Positions 1 to 6,868 of a stretch of 32,000 nucleotides of DNA are shown here, piece by piece (within the stretch, counting starts at the first letter, position 1; every line of letters starts with the position of its first letter). A program made the position numbers and the translations under genes. The DNA comes from Allobaculum fili (GTDB lineage: Bacteria > Bacillota_I > Bacilli_A > Erysipelotrichales > Erysipelotrichaceae). The stretch spans positions 30,001-62,000 of the forward strand of contig NZ_JAHDSX010000009.1 in the NCBI RefSeq assembly GCF_020969955.1. Reading direction: 5' to 3'. A model generated the notes under the pieces. The model did not search any database. It was not told where the DNA came from and saw only the letters and a list, made by a program, of their open reading frames with translations.

Positions 1-1
1 A

Positions 2-532
2 TTTATGTACATCTCTATTTCACTACGAACAGTGGCCAATGGCGTAATTATCGAAATCGATACTGAAAAAATCGAAAAAGAAGAGAAATACGACGGATAT
101 TATTGCGTTGCTACTGCCCTGGAGTGGGAAGAATCCGAAATTCTCAAGGTATGTTCGCAGCGCTGGAAAATTGAAGACTGCTTTCGAATTATGAAGACGT
201 ATTTCGATGCACGCCCTGTGTATCTTCAAAAAGACGAGAGAGTTAAAGTCCGCTTCCTGATCTGTTACATGGCATTAATGGTTTTTCGAATTCTAGAGAA
301 GAAGCTGGATAATAAATTTACCTGTTGCGAAATCATATCTTCATTACGATCATTCAACTATTACGACCTGTCTGGCCAAGGATACAGTTATGCGTATGAG
401 CCAACAGAACTCACTCGAAGCCTGGCTGAATTAATCTCATTAGACCTGAACAAAACTTTCCCCACCACCAGACAAATGAAGAAAGTTATACGAGAAAGCA
501 AAAACAAAAAGTGCAGCTACAAAGCGGCATAA
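2..532 (+). CDS. DDE transposase, IS4 superfamily (IS1634-like), C-terminal fragment truncated by the window edge
   Basis: The frame is open from the window edge to TAA at 530-532. The translation carries the IS4-type C-terminal signature R-x3-E-x6-K (SQRWKIEDCFRIMK), followed by a hydrophobic helix (RFLICYMALMVFRILEKKL) typical of these transposases. Confidence 0.8.
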   Translation, partial: FMYISISLRTVANGVIIEIDTEKIEKEEKYDGYYCVATALEWEESEILKVCSQRWKIEDCFRIMKTYFDARPVYLQKDERVKVRFLICYMALMVFRILEKKLDNKFTCCEIISSLRSFNYYDLSGQGYSYAYEPTELTRSLAELISLDLNKTFPTTRQMKKVIRESKNKKCSYKAA

Positions 533-540
533 AACTGAAA

Positions 541-580
541 GGCGGTATCGACTTTAGATAAAGTAGATACCGCCTTTTTA
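541..580. terminator. Intrinsic terminator hairpin, usable in both directions
   Basis: Perfect 9-bp stem GGCGGTATC (541-549) / GATACCGCC (566-574). A T-run lies at 575-580 and an A-rich tract lies upstream. It sits after the transposase stop and downstream of the convergent ppiB. Confidence 0.7.
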
Positions 581-688
581 TCCAAAAGAACTGGCAAAGA
601 CCGGACTGTATCCAATAGGGAAAGGCTACGTGAATTAAAATATTCGCTACCGCCTCTATTTATATGTATTGTCGTTCCTATGTGTCAG

Positions 689-1174
689 CTAGTCAGTGAC
701 GCGGATGGACTGAATGACCTGATCTTCGACGGGTTTGTCGAGGAAATCGGTGCGGGTCATGGCGACTTTGTTTACGCCTTCCATGCCTTCGGTTACTTTA
801 CCGAACGCCGCATACTGTCCATCGAGATGCGGAGCATCGGCGTGCATGATGAAGAACTGGCTGCCGGCCGAGTCTGGACTGGCGGCACGGGCCATGGAGA
901 GAACGCCGCGGGTGTGCTTGATGTCGTTTTGCGGGAAACCGTTGGCTTTGAATTCGCCGTGAATGGAATAGCCGGGGCCGCCGGTTCCGTTGCCTTTCGG
1001 GTCGCCGCCCTGAATCATGAAGCCCGGAATGACGCGGTGGAAAATCAGGCCGTCATAAAAGCCTTCGTTGGCGAGCTTTTCGAAGTTTTCGACGGTTTTC
1101 GGCGCTTTGTCCGGATAGAGCTCGCCCTTGATGATGTCGCCATTTTTCATGGTGATGGTAAAGTGTTTTGCCAT
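689..1174 (-). CDS. ppiB: Cyclophilin-type peptidyl-prolyl cis-trans isomerase
   Basis: 161 aa with cyclophilin hallmarks: [27 protein letters not shown] and GSQFFI. A GGGAGG Shine-Dalgarno lies upstream of the ATG at 1174. Confidence 0.95.
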   Translation of the reverse strand: MAKHFTITMKNGDIIKGELYPDKAPKTVENFEKLANEGFYDGLIFHRVIPGFMIQGGDPKGNGTGGPGYSIHGEFKANGFPQNDIKHTRGVLSMARAASPDSAGSQFFIMHADAPHLDGQYAAFGKVTEGMEGVNKVAMTRTDFLDKPVEDQVIQSIRVTD

Positions 1175-1255
1175 AAGTACCTCCCAAGCCTTCGGCTGTG
1201 TCGGTTTTATTTTATACGGAAAATCGTTCAGGAGAAGAACGAGCCGCTTTTCCTT

Positions 1256-1311
1256 TTAAAAGAAAAAGAAAGTCCTGTCCTGCTTAAAAGAAAAAGAAAG
1301 TCCTGTCCTGC
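1256..1311. repeat. Perfect tandem duplication, 2 x 28 bp (TTAAAAGAAAAAGAAAGTCCTGTCCTGC)
   Basis: Units 1256-1283 and 1284-1311 are identical base for base. They lie in the divergent intergenic region between ppiB and the 1418 gene. Confidence 0.95.
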
Positions 1312-1417
1312 GCGGAGTACCGGTCAAATGGATGAGACTGAGATGCGTTTTGGCAGGCTTTGACGGATCGTTTACAATATTAGGATAAAAGCCGCGCGCT
1401 GCGGCAAGGAGGCCCTT

Positions 1418-2791
1418 ATGACTGAAAATCGAGTACTGCTTTGCGCCCTGAGCGATCCCATAAATAATCCCCAGTTTTCGCAAAGCTTTGTGCGGGCGCT
1501 GCAGGACGCTGGCATCGAAGCCGAACTGGCCCGTTCGGCCATGGAGCCTCTTTCGGCGCAGGAAAAAGCGGAAGAGTTTAATCAGGCGCTGCGCTCCATG
1601 CGCTATTCCTGGATTTTTGATCTTTCCGGCGGCAATCTCGCCAATACCGTACTGCCCTGGCTGGATTACGACGCCTATCGTAAATCGGATGCCTACTATG
1701 CCGCATTTTCGGACGGTACCTGCATCGTCAACGCCCTGTCGACGTGCGCGCATAAAAAAGCGCTGCTCTTTGGGCTGTGGCAGCAGGAAAACATGAAGCA
1801 GGCGGTGGACATTATTGAAAGCGGCCGGGCCAGCTTTGATCTGATGGAGCTCAGTCAGGATTATTTCCCGCGCCACGCGCGCATTTACGGAGGCAACATG
1901 CGCTGCCTGCTCAAGCTGGCGGGAACCGGAAGAATGCCCGCTCTGGAAGATTCCTATCTGCTTCTCGAATCGTCTTCCGCGGATTTGTACAGCTTCGAAT
2001 CGATGTGTGCGCAGATGGCGCAGACCGGACTGTTCACCGATTTGCGCGGCGTCATTTTCGGCCGCTTTAACCGTCTGGAAAAACAGTTTGAAAATACGGA
2101 AGACGCCTGGAAGGCAATGGGTGAAATTCTTCAGGCGTACTGCGATCAGCCGCTTTCCTTTTTTGGAGCGCCGAGTTTAGGCCATCTGCCCAACGGGCAA
2201 GGCATCTGGATCAGCGCCGGCTGGAAAGAAGAGCCGGCCAGAGCAGAAGAGGCTTCTCTCGAAGAACGCTCTGAAGACGAGACGACGGAGGCAGAAACCG
2301 CATCTGAAGGCATGATGGAGCAAGCTGAGCCGGCAGGCGAAGACACGCCGGCAGAAAAACAGCCGCAGACAAGTGAGAGCGCCCAGCCGATTGAAACCGT
2401 TTCTTCGATCGAAGAGATCGAGACCGTTGAAGAACTTCCCAAAGAACGTATGGATTCGGAAGAAGAAAGTTCGGAAGAAGAAAGTTCGGAAGAAGAAAGT
2501 ATGGAAAAGACACAGACGCGTCTTGAGCAGCAGGCGAAAGAAAGCGCGGATCGTCTTTCCCCGGATCGCCCGCGCAAATCCGGCCGCTTTGGCACGTTCC
2601 TGCGCAGTTTCTTTGCCGCTCGCCCTGTACAAGAAGAGCCCGAAGAAATCGAACCGGAAAAAGGGGAATGGGAAGAGATCAGCGCCGAACAGGCCAGCGA
2701 ACGCGTGACATCTGACCAGGATGCGGAGCCGCTACAGGCAGAGGAAGCTGAACCTGCAGAGCCGGAAAACACAGATTCGAAGATCGACTGA
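1418..2791 (+). CDS. S66-family LD-carboxypeptidase-like protein (LdcA/MccF-like) with a long acidic low-complexity C-terminal extension
   Basis: AAGGAGG SD precedes the ATG. The N-terminal ~265 aa show the S66 layout: a Ser motif (AFSDGTCIVNAL), GGN...LAGT, an acidic LLLESSS segment and a C-terminal LGHLPNG His motif. The remaining ~190 aa are E/S/P/A-rich with no recognisable domain. Confidence 0.7.
   Translation: MTENRVLLCALSDPINNPQFSQSFVRALQDAGIEAELARSAMEPLSAQEKAEEFNQALRSMRYSWIFDLSGGNLANTVLPWLDYDAYRKSDAYYAAFSDGTCIVNALSTCAHKKALLFGLWQQENMKQAVDIIESGRASFDLMELSQDYFPRHARIYGGNMRCLLKLAGTGRMPALEDSYLLLESSSADLYSFESMCAQMAQTGLFTDLRGVIFGRFNRLEKQFENTEDAWKAMGEILQAYCDQPLSFFGAPSLGHLPNGQGIWISAGWKEEPARAEEASLEERSEDETTEAETASEGMMEQAEPAGEDTPAEKQPQTSESAQPIETVSSIEEIETVEELPKERMDSEEESSEEESSEEESMEKTQTRLEQQAKESADRLSPDRPRKSGRFGTFLRSFFAARPVQEEPEEIEPEKGEWEEISAEQASERVTSDQDAEPLQAEEAEPAEPENTDSKID
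2456..2500 (+). repeat. Perfect 15-bp tandem repeat x3 (TCGGAAGAAGAAAGT) encoding SEEES x3
   Basis: Units 2456-2470, 2471-2485 and 2486-2500 are identical. They lie inside the acidic tail of the 1418-2791 CDS. Confidence 0.95.
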
Positions 2792-2957
2792 AATTCGGAC
2801 GAAATTGAAAATATAGCGACTGGCGAAAACGTCCTGCGATTCAAATCCCGTAAAACCCAGGGAGCGCATTCCCGTTTTCCAAAACGGCATGGCCAGATCT
2901 GCAGCCAGAGATTTGGTCGTCTTGCAGGGGGTACCGAAAGAGACAGGAGGAGTATTT

Positions 2958-3815
2958 ATGAAACATTCTTTTCCAAATTCACAATTTAAATCGTCCGGGA
3001 AAAAAGGACTGCCTTCTGTTTCTTTTCGTACGCTGATCGGCCCAATTGTGGCGCTGTCCGCCCTCTCGCTTATTTATGGGCTGGCCTATACCCAGCTTTT
3101 TCTGGGTACGCTTGCACTTTCCGGGATGATGGCGACGCTGCTGCGAATTCTTCTGCTTACGGGATATGGCATCGGTCTGTATGGCGTATGCGTCTGGATC
3201 TGGGGGAAAAAAGAAGGCGCATATTCCGGGCGAAGTCTTGGCCGGGCCGGACTCGGTTCGCTTTTTGTGGCGTGGCTCGTTTCGTTTGTTCTGGAACCGC
3301 TCAGCTATGCCGCTTCGCCGATCGTGGAAGGCTTCGGCAACGTCCTGGGCATTCTGGCCATCTTCTTTGTGCTGCCTGGCTTGATCGTCTTTTTTCAGGC
3401 GGTGTATACGGGAGCAAAAAGCTGGAGCGATCTGTTTTCGACGATGGCAACGCTGTTTCAGAAGGCGCCTGCGAAACGGATCAGCGTCTGGCTGGCCCTG
3501 TTTCTGCTTCTGTGGCTTGCCGATCTGTTTTTAGGCGGACCGCTCTGCACCGTATCGACCGGGGCGTTCGCCCGTCTGTTTGCGACGCTCGTTTCGCTTG
3601 GCGAGCCGGGCTGCTCGCTCCTGCTTCTTCTCTTTGCCCAGAACGGATCTCTGCCCCCGGCTTTATGGATCGGCTATGGTGTGCAGTTTGTCGCGGTGGT
3701 GATTTTGTCGGCGTACGTTCTGGCGTGGCAGGGAAAACTGAGCGAGTCAGACACTGGAGCGGATAGTTCGAAAAACGGGAAACCGCGGTGTTCGCGCAAA
3801 GGGGATCGCAAATGA
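2958..3815 (+). CDS. Polytopic integral membrane protein, function unknown
   Basis: I prefer the ATG at 2958 because it follows AGGAGG (2945-2950); the ORF track starts at 2889. The protein has multiple long hydrophobic segments (about 6-8 predicted by eye). Its stop overlaps the recG start in an ATGA. Confidence 0.6.
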   Translation: MKHSFPNSQFKSSGKKGLPSVSFRTLIGPIVALSALSLIYGLAYTQLFLGTLALSGMMATLLRILLLTGYGIGLYGVCVWIWGKKEGAYSGRSLGRAGLGSLFVAWLVSFVLEPLSYAASPIVEGFGNVLGILAIFFVLPGLIVFFQAVYTGAKSWSDLFSTMATLFQKAPAKRISVWLALFLLLWLADLFLGGPLCTVSTGAFARLFATLVSLGEPGCSLLLLLFAQNGSLPPALWIGYGVQFVAVVILSAYVLAWQGKLSESDTGADSSKNGKPRCSRKGDRK

Positions 3816-5797
3816 GTACGGGTCTGGAGCTGCTCCGGCTCAGTCCGACGCAGAAAAGCTTTCTGGAGCGAAAGAAGATCGGCAGTCTGGAAGAACTTTT
3901 ACAGACGTATCCGATTCGCTATATCCCGATTCTGCCCATCGAACAGTGGCAGGAAGGAGAAGAAGTTCTGTTTTGCGGCGAGATTTTGCGCAGTGAAAAT
4001 CCGCATATGACCGGCATGAAAAAGGGCGTTGTCCGCTTTTTCGTTTCGGCCTGGGGACAGCAAATCGATGTCTCCGTTTTTTTTCAGGGCTACTATCCCC
4101 AGTTTCCGCCCGGCAAGACGATTACCGTCTGCGGCACGTGGACCAGAGAGCATAAAGTGCGGGCGACGTGGACCAGCTTTCAAAGTCTGGAAGAGGGCCT
4201 GCAGCTGTATCCTGTCTATTCGCTTCCCGTAAAAACGCGGCGCGATACGATGATCCGGCTGATGAAAAAGGCTTTGCCGTATGCGGATCAGATTGACGAC
4301 CGCATCCCGCAGCGTCTGCGCGAAAAGTACCGTCTGCCGTCCTTAAAACTGGCGCTGGCCATGGTGCACCGGCCAAAAGATGAAGCCGAGCTGGCGCAGG
4401 GCGTACGGGCTTTGAAGTACGAAGAGTTTCTGTGCTTTCACGCGGCCAGACTGGCCCAGGCTGAACGGCCGAAAAAAACGGGCCGCATTTTTGATCATTC
4501 GCTCATACAGGAAAAAATCGACGCCCTGCCCTTTGTTCTCAGCAAAGATCAGAGCACCGTTCTAAACGAAATTCTTTCGGATCTGGGACGGGACCGGGTC
4601 ATGTACCGTCTGGTGCAGGGCGATGTCGGCTGCGGAAAAACCGTGGTTGCCGCGCTCAGCCTGTACGCATGTGCGCTTTCCGGCAAGCAGGCGGCGCTGC
4701 TGGCGCCGACGGAACTGCTTGCCCGCCAGCATCTGTCCACCCTGCAGTCGATGGGCATTGAAGCCGGACTGTACTGCGGCTCTCTGAAAGTCCGGGAAAA
4801 GAAAAAGATTCTCAAGGATCTGAAAGACGGGAAAATTTCCGTCGTGGTCGGCACGCACGCGCTCTTTCAGGAAGGGGTCGAATTTGAATCCCTGGGTCTT
4901 GTCATTGCGGATGAGCAGCATCGCTTCGGCGTCCGGCAGCGCCGGGCTCTTATCGAAAAAGGCGTCGAAGCCGACGTGCTTCTGTTAAGCGCGACGCCGA
5001 TTCCGCGTACCGCGGCCCACTTTTTGTACGGCGATATCGATCTTTCGACAATTAAGACCAAGCCGCCCGGCCGCAAGCCGGTGCTCACACGCGCCTTTTA
5101 CAGTTCATCCATGAAACCGGTACTTGGCCGTATTCTGGAAGGCATCGAAAAGGAAGGCCGGCAGGTTTACGTGGTGACGCCGGCTGTCGAAGACTGCGAA
5201 GAAATGGATCTGCACAGCGCAGAGTCGATTTACGAAGGCATGTCTTCGGTTCTGAAAGACCGCTGCACGATCGGTCTGCTTCATGGAAAGATGAAAGCCG
5301 AACAGAAAGAAGGCGTCATGGCTGCCTTTGCGGCTGGCGAAATTCAGATTCTTGTCTCCACGACAGTTATTGAAGTCGGCATCGACGTGTCCAACGCGAC
5401 GATGATGGTCATTTACGATGCGCATCGCTTCGGCCTTTCCACTTTGCATCAGCTGCGCGGCCGCTGCGCGAGAGGCACGCTGCAGGGGGAATGTTATCTG
5501 CTGAGTTCGTCCAAAACGCCGCAGGCCAGAGAACGGCTTTCCGCTCTGGAGCGCATCGATGACGGGTTCGAACTGGCCAGACTCGATCTGCAGCTGCGCG
5601 GTCCGGGCGACTTGTTAGGAACCCGCCAGTCGGGACTGCCGGCGTTCATTCTGGGCGATGCCAGCACGGATCTGAAAATGATGGAAATCTGCGCGCGCGA
5701 CGCGCAGGAAATTCTTGATCATCCTGAAGATATGCAAAATCACAACATGCTTCGCGCGATCGAAAAAGCCAACGCGAAAAGCGCCTATCTCGACTGA
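3812..5797 (+). CDS. recG: ATP-dependent DNA helicase RecG
   Basis: Helicase motifs GDVGCGKT (Walker A), DEQHRFG (motif II), SATPIPRT and QLRGRCARG, with an N-terminal wedge-like region. I prefer the ATG at 3812 (AAGGGGA upstream, ATGA overlap with the previous gene) over the GTG at 3788. Confidence 0.93.
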   Translation: MSTGLELLRLSPTQKSFLERKKIGSLEELLQTYPIRYIPILPIEQWQEGEEVLFCGEILRSENPHMTGMKKGVVRFFVSAWGQQIDVSVFFQGYYPQFPPGKTITVCGTWTREHKVRATWTSFQSLEEGLQLYPVYSLPVKTRRDTMIRLMKKALPYADQIDDRIPQRLREKYRLPSLKLALAMVHRPKDEAELAQGVRALKYEEFLCFHAARLAQAERPKKTGRIFDHSLIQEKIDALPFVLSKDQSTVLNEILSDLGRDRVMYRLVQGDVGCGKTVVAALSLYACALSGKQAALLAPTELLARQHLSTLQSMGIEAGLYCGSLKVREKKKILKDLKDGKISVVVGTHALFQEGVEFESLGLVIADEQHRFGVRQRRALIEKGVEADVLLLSATPIPRTAAHFLYGDIDLSTIKTKPPGRKPVLTRAFYSSSMKPVLGRILEGIEKEGRQVYVVTPAVEDCEEMDLHSAESIYEGMSSVLKDRCTIGLLHGKMKAEQKEGVMAAFAAGEIQILVSTTVIEVGIDVSNATMMVIYDAHRFGLSTLHQLRGRCARGTLQGECYLLSSSKTPQARERLSALERIDDGFELARLDLQLRGPGDLLGTRQSGLPAFILGDASTDLKMMEICARDAQEILDHPEDMQNHNMLRAIEKANAKSAYLD

Positions 5798-5824
5798 TCC
5801 AGACAAGACCGCTTCAAGCCAGAC

Positions 5825-5896
5825 AAAAAGGTGCCGTGATCCAGCGCCTTTCCTGCAAGGCAGGAAAGCCGGATCGCGGCACCTTTTCTGATTTTT
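5825..5896. terminator. Long bidirectional intrinsic terminator between convergent recG and the HIT gene
   Basis: Extended hairpin: GGTGCCG (5830-5836) pairs with CGGCACC (5877-5883), and CTTTCCTGC (5848-5856) pairs with GCAGGAAAG (5860-5868). It is flanked by an A-run at 5825-5829 and TTTTCTGATTTTT at 5884-5896. Confidence 0.8.
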
Positions 5897-5969
5897 CAAT
5901 AAAGCGAGACTTCAAAATAAGTGAAGTCAAAATAAAGTCTGTAAGCGAAGTCTGGACTGCAGGCGAACC

Positions 5970-6377
5970 TTAAAAGGAAAGCTTTTCGACGAGTGCTTCA
6001 AAATCCGGCTTTTCCAGTTCGCCCTGCGAAATGGACAGAACGTCCTTTTCGGGGCTGCCGGCATAGCGCGGAACGACATGCACGTGGAAATGGTCGATCG
6101 TCTGACCGGCGGCTTCGCGGCAGTTGGCGAAAATGTTGACGCCGTCGGCACCGAGAACTTCGATCTGACGGTTGCCGACCTGACGGGCAACGGAAAAGAC
6201 TTTGGCGAGCAGCGCATCGTCGGCTTCGAGAAGCGAGGGCACATGCGTTTTGGGGATGACGAGGGCGTGGCCGAGAGCAGCCGGATTGATGTCAAGAATC
6301 ACGCGGACATCTTCATCCTCATATAAAGTAGAAGAGGGGATCTCTCCTTGAGAAATGGAACAGAACAGGCAATCCAT
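5970..6377 (-). CDS. HIT-family (histidine triad) nucleotide hydrolase/transferase
   Basis: 135 aa with the histidine triad HFHVHVVPR and the HALVIPK motif. A GGAG SD lies upstream. Confidence 0.9.
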   Translation of the reverse strand: MDCLFCSISQGEIPSSTLYEDEDVRVILDINPAALGHALVIPKTHVPSLLEADDALLAKVFSVARQVGNRQIEVLGADGVNIFANCREAAGQTIDHFHVHVVPRYAGSPEKDVLSISQGELEKPDFEALVEKLSF

Positions 6378-6544
6378 AAACGAGACAAAGCTCCTTTCCT
6401 GACCGCGAAAACGTGCGGCATATCACTGAACAAGTGAAAAGCCAGGCTAAGGGGAGGCCTGACTCTTCATAAGGGGACTAACTGTATGAATATCGCGGAT
6501 ATTCGATACATAACGACAAAGCCGTGGGCAGCTCTGCCGTTCAA

Positions 6545-6572
6545 ATTGTAGCACATTGGCCCACTGTTCAAA
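6545..6572 (-). promoter_or_regulatory. Candidate promoter for the HIT gene with an extended -10
   Basis: The minus strand reads TTGAAC-15 nt-TACAAT, with TGc immediately upstream of the -10 (extended -10). It implies a ~160-nt leader. The spacing is suboptimal and nothing has been tested. Confidence 0.35.
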
Positions 6573-6819
6573 CCAGAAATGTATGATTCCCCCATCACAA
6601 ACGGTTCAGAAACCGTGTTTTGCCCGCCGCGGTGGGGGCCAAAGCCCTCGGGAAATCCGTTTCCCACACAGCAAATCCCATAAAATATGAATGTAGTACA
6701 GAAAGGAAACCGTTTCGTGAAAAATGAGGATCCTGCCTGGAGAACGGGCTCATCCCGGGAGTATGGGATGCAGTTCCTGTACGATGGGTAAGCGGTTTTT
6801 CGTGTGTACGGCTGTATTT

Positions 6820-6848
6820 TTGCCGGATGGCGGAACGGTTGCTATAAT
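6820..6848 (+). promoter_or_regulatory. Candidate sigma-A promoter for murF-ddl-alr
   Basis: TTGCCG (6820-6825), a 17-nt spacer, then TATAAT (6843-6848), about 20 nt upstream of the ATG at 6869. Confidence 0.55.
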
Positions 6849-6868
6849 TTCAGACGAGGATTTTTACC

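Larger units (their letters stand above)
1..688 (+). mobile_element. Right-hand part of an IS4/IS1634-family insertion sequence; the left part lies outside the window and the right boundary is not determined
   Basis: It contains the transposase 3' end. GC is clearly lower than the flanking chromosome: 22 G+C in the first 60 nt versus 32 G+C in nt 1441-1500, counted by hand. The low-GC tract continues to about nt 688, where ppiB ends. The terminal inverted repeat cannot be defined without the left end. Confidence 0.6.

Noticed and set aside
1256-1311. Tandem and periodic repeats (1256-1311, 2456-2500, 17032-17094, 10601-10715) as CRISPR arrays
   Set aside because: There is no repeat-spacer organisation. 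The units are contiguous or only 9-28 bp long with no unique spacers of CRISPR size, and there are no cas genes in the window.
2146-2844. A 232-aa Ser-rich ORF on the minus strand, and Lys/Arg-rich ORFs at 2373-2708 and 2177-2632
   Set aside because: These are frame shadows of the low-complexity acidic tail of the 1418-2791 CDS (GAA/GAG-rich DNA). They lack SD sequences and overlap one another completely.
6467-6667. A 66-aa ORF in the HIT/murF intergenic gap
   Set aside because: It has no SD, odd composition and no recognisable family. The region is better explained as leader or promoter DNA.
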